From: Candidatus Sysuiplasma jiujiangense
GTDB lineage: Archaea > Thermoplasmatota > Thermoplasmata > Sysuiplasmatales > Sysuiplasmataceae
Length of the DNA: 64,000 nucleotides
Assembly: GCA_019721075.1 (NCBI GenBank)
Contig: JAHEAD010000001.1
Span: 62,001 to 126,000 of the forward strand
Direction of reading: 5' to 3'
The notes under the pieces are model-generated. The model searched no databases. It was not told where the DNA came from and worked only from the letters and a program-made list of their open reading frames with translations. Position numbers and translations under genes: made by a program. This document shows, one piece after another, positions 30,521-38,852 of the stretch; positions within the stretch are counted from its first letter, which is position 1, and the number at the start of each line of letters is the position of its first letter.

Positions 30521-31641
30521 AAATTTCCCTCCTTTGAAAGACGTTTCAGCAGAGACATGGCCTCAAGAACAGCCTGCTTGTCTGTGTTGGCATAGTTCAC
30601 ATAACCGTCGGGTGTTTTTCCCTCAGAAAGTGCGTGGAGCAGAGCAGCCATATCGGACATGAGGCCCGGCGGCAAATTATCAGTTGAACCTACAGGCTGA
30701 AGCATTGATTCCTCCGGCCAGTCTACATACAGTGCGTTTTCCATCAATTCCGAACGCAGGGATGAGAGAGAACGGAATGCATCGTCTGGAATATTCTCGT
30801 CAAGTCTGACAGAAATACGAAGAAGCTGTGAGCTTAATTGAGCATCGGAAAATATCCTGGAACGCATCCTTTCCACGTCGGTTTCATCACTTACGAAGAC
30901 ATCATGCTCAAACCATTTGAGCTGCCCCACACGTCTTCTTTCAATTTTGGGCTGATCCTGAGCCTTTCCTATGTCAACAATGACGATATTCCCTGCGTCT
31001 GATTCTCCAAATGTTGTTTGCTCGTGGGTACCGGAATAGACTGTCCTGCCGCTTGCCCGAAAACTGTGCCAGTCGCCGAGTGCAAGATAATCGAGACCAG
31101 AGATGTCAGCTCGGTCGGCAGGTATTGGAAAGTTGACTGAATCAGATACTGTCCTGAGGGAGCCATGCGCTATGCCTATTCTGATGCATTCATCCTTTTT
31201 CCTTTCTGGTATCCAGTAAGTAGGATCCCTGCTGCTCAGTTTCTGGGAAACAGGGCAAGGATAGACGAAAGTGCCCTCAACAACCTCCTTCTCGGCCTCT
31301 TCTGCCATCAGCGTGATATGTTTTCCGGCGTGCTTCCACGCCCCCCTGTCCCAAACGCCTCCTGCCAACAGGGGATCATGATTCCCCGGAAGTATCAGAA
31401 CGGGGACGGGTGAAAATCCGTTGAGTATATCAATGGTATATCTGACGACCGAGTCGTCGACATTGTGGTTGTCGAACGTATCACCGGAAATAATTACAAA
31501 GTCGACCTTTTCACTCTTTGCGATATTTGCTATGAGCGAAGCTGTCTGATACCTCTTTTTTCTGACCTCGCCTGCTTTCTCTCCTATCTGTACCGCCTTG
31601 AGACCCATATGCCAGTCTGAAGTATGAAGCATCCTCACCAT
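30517..31641 (-). CDS. Mre11/SbcD-like metallophosphoesterase nuclease
   Basis: HTSDWH, SGDTFD, PGNHD, AHG, LGDWH motifs; 4-nt overlap with the Rad50-like gene. Confidence 0.9.
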   Translation of the reverse strand: MVRMLHTSDWHMGLKAVQIGEKAGEVRKKRYQTASLIANIAKSEKVDFVIISGDTFDNHNVDDSVVRYTIDILNGFSPVPVLILPGNHDPLLAGGVWDRGAWKHAGKHITLMAEEAEKEVVEGTFVYPCPVSQKLSSRDPTYWIPERKKDECIRIGIAHGSLRTVSDSVNFPIPADRADISGLDYLALGDWHSFRASGRTVYSGTHEQTTFGESDAGNIVIVDIGKAQDQPKIERRRVGQLKWFEHDVFVSDETDVERMRSRIFSDAQLSSQLLRISVRLDENIPDDAFRSLSSLRSELMENALYVDWPEESMLQPVGSTDNLPPGLMSDMAALLHALSEGKTPDGYVNYANTDKQAVLEAMSLLKRLSKEGNF

Positions 31642-31890
31642 AGGTGCATCACTTACCTCTGCCGTCACAGCGACAAAACTCTCGGCCTTCCAGCTTTCGA
31701 TGAAACATTGAACTGAGCCGGACAAGTGAGTAATTTTTCAGATATTATTAATTTGGCAGGGGCATATCGAAAGCCGCTTTGATTCGATTTGAACTGTTTC
31801 GGGCGTTTCCAGAGCCGCAGAGATTATGCCTACGTTCAGTTTTCAGCAGTACCAAATCATATCCTCGGCGGGGCGCAACAAAATTGTCTG

Positions 31891-31965
31891 CGGGCTCGCC
31901 GGGATTCGAACCCGGGTCGCTGGTTCCGAAGACCAGCAGGATGATCCTGACTACCCTACGAGCCC
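31891..31965 (-). tRNA. tRNA-Arg(TCG)
   Basis: GGGCTCG/CGAGCCC acceptor, CTGGT-CT TCG GA-ACCAG anticodon arm, TTCGAAT T-loop; CCA not encoded. Confidence 0.95.
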
Positions 31966-32066
31966 CGTTCACCGTTAGCTTCAACACATTCAAAAAACTA
32001 TCATAAGAAAAACCAATATAGAGAAAACAATTAATGCACGTAGCCATTTTTGCGACCGGAGAACGA

Positions 32067-32153
32067 GGGCTGGTGGTCTAGTGGTTATGACGTCGCGCTT
32101 ACATCCTGTGGTAGGAAACGCGGAGGTCGGCGGTTCAATTCCGCCTCAGCCCA
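32067..32153 (+). tRNA. tRNA-Val(TAC) with 14-nt intron at 37/38 (32104-32117)
   Basis: GGGCTGG/TCAGCCC acceptor; TCGCG-CT TAC A-[TCCTGTGGTAGGAA]-A-CGCGG; bulge-helix-bulge with central helix CTTA/TAGG. Confidence 0.92.
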
Positions 32154-32216
32154 CTTATCCTCAGGCAGGTACGGACTGTTTACCGAAAAGATGATGCCGC
32201 CAGACGGTCTTTGGCA

Positions 32217-32966
32217 TTAAATCAAATTTACCGCAAAACCTGTCAAAAATCCGGCGAATATTCCGATGTACGCAAGATTGCGCAATTTTCTGTCCCTGTC
32301 AGAAAAAAGCGATTTTATCATAGGCAGAATGACATACATGATAGTCCCCATTGCCAGACCATCAAACAAGAGCCCGATGAGTTTCAAATTGAAGTAATAG
32401 CCGAACGCACCTCCAATGATGTCTGGCACACCGCCTATTAGAAGCAGCCCGATAATCTGCCTTTCTCTGTTTTTCAGGTTTCCGAGAAATGGAGATGAGA
32501 TAGGAAAGCCTTCAGTCATGTTCTGCAATATGAAGCCGAGAAGTATCACCGTAGCGGCGCCGCTGAGGCCTATGAGTGCACCCGTGGAGCCAAAGACAAG
32601 ACCTTCAGTCAGATTCTGAAAACCTATCCCGAGAGCCATAAGCAGGGCAGTCCTTGAAGCCGTCAGTCCTTCCTTGGATCTGTTCTCCATAAGATAGAGT
32701 ATGCCGAAGCCAGCGGCAAATGAAAGAATGAAAATAACATCTGCAACCGGACTGCTGCCATAGCCGTAAAGTGCACCATTGTAGATGACAGGAGTGGCAT
32801 TGGAGAAAATATCCGCAAGAAGGAACATCAGTATGCCGATAGCACCTGCATTAAGAAGCTTCAAAATCTCTGCCCCGGTTCCGCTCCTGAGGACTACGGG
32901 TATCGACAGGTAAATAGAAAATCCCATGACAGCTGATAGAAGGATAACCTCGATGAAAGATAACAT
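32217..32966 (-). CDS. ZIP family divalent metal transporter
   Basis: About eight TM; GIGFQNLTEGL and LQNMTEGF ZIP motifs. Confidence 0.85.
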   Translation of the reverse strand: MLSFIEVILLSAVMGFSIYLSIPVVLRSGTGAEILKLLNAGAIGILMFLLADIFSNATPVIYNGALYGYGSSPVADVIFILSFAAGFGILYLMENRSKEGLTASRTALLMALGIGFQNLTEGLVFGSTGALIGLSGAATVILLGFILQNMTEGFPISSPFLGNLKNRERQIIGLLLIGGVPDIIGGAFGYYFNLKLIGLLFDGLAMGTIMYVILPMIKSLFSDRDRKLRNLAYIGIFAGFLTGFAVNLI

Positions 32967-33000
32967 GATTTTAAACACAGTAATATGCTTATATTCATAG

Positions 33001-33035
33001 ATAACGGCGTTAACTAGTTATGTTAACAGTGTTAT
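33001..33035. promoter_or_regulatory. Candidate operator between the ZIP transporter and the HTH-ferritin regulator
   Basis: Two TAAC-N3-GTTA boxes (33002-33012, 33024-33034) around the palindrome TAACTAGTTA; overall imperfect inverted repeat ATAAC...GTTAT. Confidence 0.55.
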
Positions 33036-33050
33036 TAACAGTCGATTTGC

Positions 33051-33794
33051 TTGAAAATACAAATCGGTAGTTCTCCGAAACCTACAGGTGAGGAAAAGCT
33101 GATGCCGGCCATCAGGTCAAGAATTGCGTCAAGACTGTATTCAATGGGATTCAGAGTGAGGGATATAGCGGTTGTAGTCGGCACGACACAGCCGGCCGTG
33201 ATACAATATCTGAAAGGCAGAAGGGGCAAGGGCACTCCTGGCATGCAAGTGCTTGACAGTCTGATAGAACCTGTTGTTGCCAGGGCAGCGGGTCTCATAA
33301 AATTGCAGGAAGGAAGGATTGAGACGGTAGAACTGCTCGAAATTGCAAGGCAGTTCACAATAATCAGCACAGGGAGACACTTTATTCAGAGCGGGGAGAA
33401 GATTAACGACGAGTCGCTGTCACTGCTGAGGAAAAGACTTCAGCTTGAGCTGTCCGCCGCTGAAAAATACCTTGAAATGTCGAACCGCACGGACGACGAA
33501 TATACAAAACTGCTGCTCAGAATGATTGCATCGGACAGCATAAGGCATGGTGATGTGGTTTCCCAGATCATTTCATGGATGGAATCTGGAAAAGGAGCGG
33601 ATTTCTCCCTTCCTGACAGGACATTCCTCGAAATGATGCTGTCTATCGAGGACAGGGCTTCCGAGTCCAGTCTGACAGGGAACATCAAAATAGAGCACCC
33701 CGTTGCAAGACTCCTCCTTGAATGGATTGATGAGGATGAGAGGAAACATGAGCATACGATGGAAAAGATAATTTCACTTGTTGACTCAGAATAA
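33051..33794 (+). CDS. HTH regulator fused to a ferritin-like four-helix domain
   Basis: IAVVVGTTQPAVIQYLKGRRG HTH; C-terminal LELSAAEKY, DSIRH, IEDRA, DERKH carboxylate/His pattern. Confidence 0.8.
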   Translation: MKIQIGSSPKPTGEEKLMPAIRSRIASRLYSMGFRVRDIAVVVGTTQPAVIQYLKGRRGKGTPGMQVLDSLIEPVVARAAGLIKLQEGRIETVELLEIARQFTIISTGRHFIQSGEKINDESLSLLRKRLQLELSAAEKYLEMSNRTDDEYTKLLLRMIASDSIRHGDVVSQIISWMESGKGADFSLPDRTFLEMMLSIEDRASESSLTGNIKIEHPVARLLLEWIDEDERKHEHTMEKIISLVDSE

Positions 33795-34013
33795 CGTCTC
33801 TGCACTGAACACTTCTAGGTAAGATATCGGTTGAGCACACGACTCTTCAGAAGGACTGCTCCTGGTCGTTGGCAATCAAATTTTTCGGATATGGACCAGC
33901 AGATTGTGTGTCAAGCGACTTAAAGCCGATCATAATGCAAGAAGCGGGATTTTGGCATCTATTGATGAAGTTCAGAAAAGCATGTTCCGTTTTGGCCGTG
34001 GGCGGTAAATGGA

Positions 34014-34382
34014 TCAGATGTGTGGAATTATGACTATTGCAATAAACAGATTGATTATTACTATGATGGATAACAACAGATAGAGTCTGTCCTTAACGCT
34101 TGCAAACTTGCCTATGAGCAGGATCACACGTGAAATCGGTGTGAATATCAGGACGACCAGACCGGTATAAATCAGTGTGATTCCGCTGAAGTGCGAATAG
34201 GCCTCGAAGAAGCCATACGTCTTGGTGTTGAGGGTTGAATGGACATTCCCGATGGCTCCCAGCGAATAACCCGGTATTCCTCCCTGCACGAACAACATGA
34301 TGACACCCGAAGTAATAAGCAGTGCGCTTATGACGACACCCGTGATCAGTGAATAGCTGATAATATCTTCAATGTCCCTCAA
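34014..34382 (-). CDS. DUF1634 family membrane protein
   Basis: GLVVLIFTPISRV motif; overlaps the TauE stop codon. Confidence 0.85.
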   Translation of the reverse strand: MRDIEDIISYSLITGVVISALLITSGVIMLFVQGGIPGYSLGAIGNVHSTLNTKTYGFFEAYSHFSGITLIYTGLVVLIFTPISRVILLIGKFASVKDRLYLLLSIIVIINLFIAIVIIPHI

Positions 34383-35242
34383 AATATACCAAGCCCCCTG
34401 AGAATCATCTGAATTCCCAAAATGGCAAGCAGAACGAGAAATACCAGACGTATCCGCTTGTTCTTCATCCTTACCAGAACGCGCGTGCCCAGCAATGCAC
34501 CGATGAGAACGCCAACAGCAGTAGGAGCGATGATGAACGCCTGCAGGAGACCGTCTGCCCAGTAAATGCCGCTGCTTGTAGCTGCCGTCACACCGATCAT
34601 GAAATTGCTTGTTGTCGTCGTGACCTTAATCGGAAGCGCCATCGCATAATCCATTCCGAGTACCTTCAGAGCGCCAGATCCTATTCCTAGCAGACCCGAA
34701 ATGAAGCCGGCCGCAAACATCACTGTCAGACCAAGCAACCATTTGCTGCCGTTGTAATGAACTGTTTTTTTCAACGATTCGTCATAATATTCGCCCGAAA
34801 GGCCGAAAAAACGTGTTGTCCAGTCAGGTTTCCTGGAGCTGGGAATATCACCCGTGATCTTCTTTGCCGTGGGATATATGGATAGAAGCAAAACTATCCC
34901 AAACAGAACAAATATGAAACTTGAAAGATGGTGGGCATAAATATAGGTTGCAGTCAGAGAACCAACTATTGCTCCGGATGTTGTTCCTATTTCAAGACCG
35001 ATGCCAATTTTGACATTCGTCAGTCTCTCCTTGACGTAAGCGCTTGCTGCGCCGCTCGATGTGGAAATTGTGGAAATCAGGCTGGCACCGGTAGCATATG
35101 CAATAGGAACGCCGACATAGAGCGAGAGTATGGGAACAAGAATTGTTCCCCCGCCGAGGCCGGTCAAAGCACCCAGGAATCCGGCGATAATTCCAGATAA
35201 AAATATAAATAAGAAAAGTAAGAGCGGTGCGATAAATATCAC
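34379..35242 (-). CDS. TauE/SafE family sulfite/sulfur-compound exporter
   Basis: GALTGLGGGTILVP, SGLLGIGSG, TTTSNFMIGVTA. Confidence 0.92.
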   Translation of the reverse strand: MIFIAPLLLFLFIFLSGIIAGFLGALTGLGGGTILVPILSLYVGVPIAYATGASLISTISTSSGAASAYVKERLTNVKIGIGLEIGTTSGAIVGSLTATYIYAHHLSSFIFVLFGIVLLLSIYPTAKKITGDIPSSRKPDWTTRFFGLSGEYYDESLKKTVHYNGSKWLLGLTVMFAAGFISGLLGIGSGALKVLGMDYAMALPIKVTTTTSNFMIGVTAATSSGIYWADGLLQAFIIAPTAVGVLIGALLGTRVLVRMKNKRIRLVFLVLLAILGIQMILRGLGIF

Positions 35243-35606
35243 CTGCTGTCAATAAATTTGTTCCCGGTGACAGAGCATGTGCGGTTCAACAGCTCCGTTG
35301 AGTTCGGCCGCGTTTTGACTGTGCCGTAAATATGATAGCCCGCATGTGACAATGAAATATTATCGCAAAATGCCAGGCGGCAGGGCAGGAAGGTGAATGA
35401 AAAAAGTCCGAAAACCGCATTGTTTTCCTGAACCTGAAAATCATCCGGAAACAGCGATTTGGACATGATTAGGTAACCAGAAAGACAAATGATATAAATG
35501 ATTAATGCCGCAATGGGATGGGACCTGACTGCGATCGCATCAGGCAAAATAGAAATAAACTGAACTGTTGTATTCGACTGCGAGCAGTGTCAGAGGAAGT
35601 GGTGCT

Positions 35607-36575
35607 TTGAAGGTAGTTGTTCTCGGTTCCATACGGAATGAGATAAAAAAAGAACTTGATGATTCCTGCAGGAATTCCAAAATTCAGCTGATTTACTTTG
35701 AGAGTGCTGCAGAAGCGGATTTATCGGACTGTGAAGTGATGTTCCTCGGTTTCGGCGCCAGGGAAAAGCTGAAGGATGCGATTGCAAAATGCAACGGTAT
35801 CAGGATGATCCAAACACAGTCAGCAGGGGTGGATTATCTCAACTTCTCAGAGATACCGGAAACCATACTCGTCTGCACTAACGCGGGTGCATTTGCGAAA
35901 CCCATTGCAGAACATGTTTTTGCAATGATCCTCGCGCTGTCAAAGAACCTTAAGAAAAATGAAATTGCCATGAAGAATGGAATTTTTCAGAGAAGTGAAA
36001 TCAGCAGGGAACTGAGGGGTAGAATTCTCGGCATATACGGTTATGGTGGGATCGGGAGGGAAGTAGCAAAAATTGGCAGAGCCTTTGGTATGCAGATTCA
36101 TGCCATTTCGAGGAATCCAAACAGCGAACCGCGACCTGACTGGTATGGCAAACCGGCGGATCTCGACAGAATGCTGATGAGCTCCGATGTGATTGTTATT
36201 TCAGCGCCGCTGAACAGGGAGACAAAGCACAAATTTAACAGTGAAAAACTGTCGATAATGAAGGATGACGCGATACTCATCAATGTCGCTAGAGGTGAAA
36301 TAATAGTCGAGCGGGATCTGTTCGAACACCTCAGGAATAACAAGAAATTTTGCGCGGGAATTGATACCTGGTGGGATGAACCACGTGATGATCGAATATA
36401 TACTCCCAGATATGACTTTTTATCCTTGCCAAATGTGATAGGATCCCCGCATAATTCAGGCAATGTGGAAGAACAGGGAGATTATTCAGTCCGTGTGGCT
36501 TTTGAGAACATTTTTCGATATGCCAGACATGAGGAACCGCTCAACAAAGTAAACAGATCCGACTACACTCCATAG
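35607..36575 (+). CDS. D-isomer-specific 2-hydroxyacid dehydrogenase
   Basis: SAGVD, GYGGIG Rossmann motif, INVARG, SPHN. Confidence 0.92.
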   Translation: MKVVVLGSIRNEIKKELDDSCRNSKIQLIYFESAAEADLSDCEVMFLGFGAREKLKDAIAKCNGIRMIQTQSAGVDYLNFSEIPETILVCTNAGAFAKPIAEHVFAMILALSKNLKKNEIAMKNGIFQRSEISRELRGRILGIYGYGGIGREVAKIGRAFGMQIHAISRNPNSEPRPDWYGKPADLDRMLMSSDVIVISAPLNRETKHKFNSEKLSIMKDDAILINVARGEIIVERDLFEHLRNNKKFCAGIDTWWDEPRDDRIYTPRYDFLSLPNVIGSPHNSGNVEEQGDYSVRVAFENIFRYARHEEPLNKVNRSDYTP

Positions 36576-36639
36576 TTGCAACACTCCAAGCCAACTAACA
36601 ATGGATTGCTTTTATTACCGTACGCGATACCATCATCTC

Positions 36640-36999
36640 ATGCATAAGGATGATGAAAAGATCGCCGAAATGAGAAGAAGCATGTTCATTACCCTGAAGA
36701 ATGAGGGATTCCATGCTGTTGCCGCCCTCATCGACGCAGAGACCATGCCGGGCAAGATTAACGGTGTTCAGCCTGACTTAATCGGTTTCAATGAAAAAGG
36801 CATCGGCGTAGTGGTTCAGGTAGAGACCTGTGAAACTGTCAGAAGCACGGAGGCGGAGGAACGCCTGTCATCTCTCATCATGGTTCAGGCAGAAGAGCAT
36901 GAATACAGATTGCTGGTCCCTACGGAATGCATGGACAGTGTCGTGGAGTGGGTAAAGAAACTTGGACTCGATGAAGATATCGTTTGGGAGTATTTCTGA
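36640..36999 (+). CDS. Hypothetical protein, possible degenerate PD-(D/E)xK fold
   Basis: Clean acidic ORF with QPDLIG...VVVQVET pattern. Confidence 0.55.
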   Translation: MHKDDEKIAEMRRSMFITLKNEGFHAVAALIDAETMPGKINGVQPDLIGFNEKGIGVVVQVETCETVRSTEAEERLSSLIMVQAEEHEYRLLVPTECMDSVVEWVKKLGLDEDIVWEYF

Positions 37000-37007
37000 C
37001 GTATCGG

Positions 37008-38558
37008 CTAACGTCTGTCACCCTTGAAATCAGAGGAAAGTTCGTCTGAAACATAACGGTGCATGGCCAGCGGGTTAAGCGCATCGATATATACTTTCAA
37101 ATCCTCGATGGAGGCTATTCTTGACAGAAGACATAATACCAGGTATACGGCGCCACTGACTAACGCAAAGAAGACGGCATCATACCACCTCCACTGCTGG
37201 AGAGGAATGAGCAGTGTAAGCGGCATCACCATCAGATCGGATATGACAGCAATGATGAAAAAATAGACGACACTGAAGTCAAAGTGCGTGTCGGCCAGTT
37301 TCTTCGAGTGGTATTGAGACATTGCATACAGTACGACAGCGCCTGCGAGAAGTCCAAGGGCGGCTCCTGCAGGTCCCATTCCCAGTAATGGAATGCCGAA
37401 TATTGAAACAGGTATCGCGACTACCATCACGGCAAGAGAGACAAGGGTAGACACAATTGTTATCCAGGCTGAAATCTTGGGCCTGTTCATTCCTGTAATT
37501 ACGCTGTTCTTGGGACCGGAGATGCTTGTAACATAAAGCCAGACTGCAAGGATGGCGAGAGGGGTTGCCGCGCCATAGAAATGGTTGGAGAGTATTACAT
37601 GCAGTATTCCGATTGGAAAAAATACCATAAATAGCGAAAGCGGTGCGAGCACAAATGAGAGAAAGTATTCCGATGTAAGCGTACTCTCCCTGATCTGCAG
37701 ATGCTTCCCCATACTGTGCAGTTCTGATATCCTGGGAAATACGACCGAAGTGACGCTTCCGCCGAGAACGACAAACACCGACGCTATCCTGTAACTGGCA
37801 TAAAACTGTCCGGCCCCTGCCAGATGCCAGAAAAGCTCCACAAGAACAACAGACAGGCTTGTCGGCAGGAGGCCTATCAGTGAAGGTATAAGGAGCGGAT
37901 CTGCAAATTTCCTGTACTCCCTGATGAGCTCCTTTGACGGTTTACTGACAGGATATCCACGGAAATAATAGAATGTGACTGCAGTAGATGCGACGCCGCC
38001 CAGCAGGTACGTCCATATCACATCGATCGGGGACAATTTAGAAAAAACGACAAATATAATTGCGATGACCCTTACGATATGACCTGCAAATGTACCAATC
38101 TGCGCTTTTACTGTCTCCCTCCTTGCATTGAAAGTTGATGCAGGCACGGTGGCAAGAGTGCTTATTATGGTATAGGCAAGCATTATCCAAATTCCCTGAA
38201 CCTCCAGCGGCGATTCGAATCCCTTGCCCAGAACATATATCCAGAAGAATATAGTTCCAAAAACCAGAAGCGACATCAGACCTGTCAACAGTGCAGTGAT
38301 GAGAAGAAATGAGCCGTTGCACTGCCCTAAATCGGCACCTTCCGACACTTTTTTTATGTGGGCTGTCTGGAAGCCAAGTCTGCTTACAGGCAGATAGACG
38401 CCAACGTAGCTTGAGGTGAAGCCTATGAGACCGATTGTGAAAACTGCGCTCGATCCCATATATTTCGAAATTGTGAGTATGCCAACATACGCAATGACTG
38501 CGCCGACGAGATTTATCAGTGTGGAGAAAAATGACTTTCTCGCCAGAGATTCCGCCAT
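37008..38558 (-). CDS. MOP superfamily oligosaccharide flippase (Wzx/AglR-like)
   Basis: 12-14 TM, GQFYASYRIA, FPRISEL, MGPAGAALG. Confidence 0.88.
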   Translation of the reverse strand: MAESLARKSFFSTLINLVGAVIAYVGILTISKYMGSSAVFTIGLIGFTSSYVGVYLPVSRLGFQTAHIKKVSEGADLGQCNGSFLLITALLTGLMSLLVFGTIFFWIYVLGKGFESPLEVQGIWIMLAYTIISTLATVPASTFNARRETVKAQIGTFAGHIVRVIAIIFVVFSKLSPIDVIWTYLLGGVASTAVTFYYFRGYPVSKPSKELIREYRKFADPLLIPSLIGLLPTSLSVVLVELFWHLAGAGQFYASYRIASVFVVLGGSVTSVVFPRISELHSMGKHLQIRESTLTSEYFLSFVLAPLSLFMVFFPIGILHVILSNHFYGAATPLAILAVWLYVTSISGPKNSVITGMNRPKISAWITIVSTLVSLAVMVVAIPVSIFGIPLLGMGPAGAALGLLAGAVVLYAMSQYHSKKLADTHFDFSVVYFFIIAVISDLMVMPLTLLIPLQQWRWYDAVFFALVSGAVYLVLCLLSRIASIEDLKVYIDALNPLAMHRYVSDELSSDFKGDRR

Positions 38559-38643
38559 GGTATACCAGACAGTATCGAATCATATGCACTTCAATAAGCT
38601 TTTGATAACAGAAGTATGGCTGCAAGTCAGAAATGCCGGTATA

Positions 38644-38748
38644 AGCCACTGGAGGGAATTGAACCCTCGACCTACGCCTATTTGTATCGGTGATACCAAG
38701 GCGTCGCTATATAGTGGTGCCCGTGCACTACCACTAAGCTACAGTGGC
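38644..38748 (-). tRNA. tRNA-Thr(GGT) with two introns (D-loop 38711-38729; anticodon loop 38680-38693)
   Basis: Removing 19 + 14 nt gives GCCACTG TA GCTT AGTGGTA TAGC G ACGCC TT GGT AA GGCGT AGGTC GAGGG TTCAATT CCCTC CAGTGGC T, a standard cloverleaf. Confidence 0.9.
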
Positions 38749-38852
38749 GCATTCGCTCAGAGAACTGACCGCCGTATTAATTTTTTGTGAAATGGCTTCT
38801 CACCACTTGAAAATTAACCTATATAAGTAAGTTAATCGGAAGTCAGATAGGA

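Noticed and set aside
27737..31965. tRNA-integrated mobile element carrying the Mre11/Rad50-like pair
   Set aside because: No integrase and no duplicated tRNA 3' end found (only a 6-nt match near 27781)
35239..35547. 102-aa ORF and a 23-aa micro-ORF upstream of tauE
   Set aside because: No recognisable composition or properly spaced RBS; likely divergent promoter region
36640..36999. Active restriction-type nuclease or defence gene
   Set aside because: The (D/E)xK motif appears as QVET with no lysine, and there is no methyltransferase or defence neighbour
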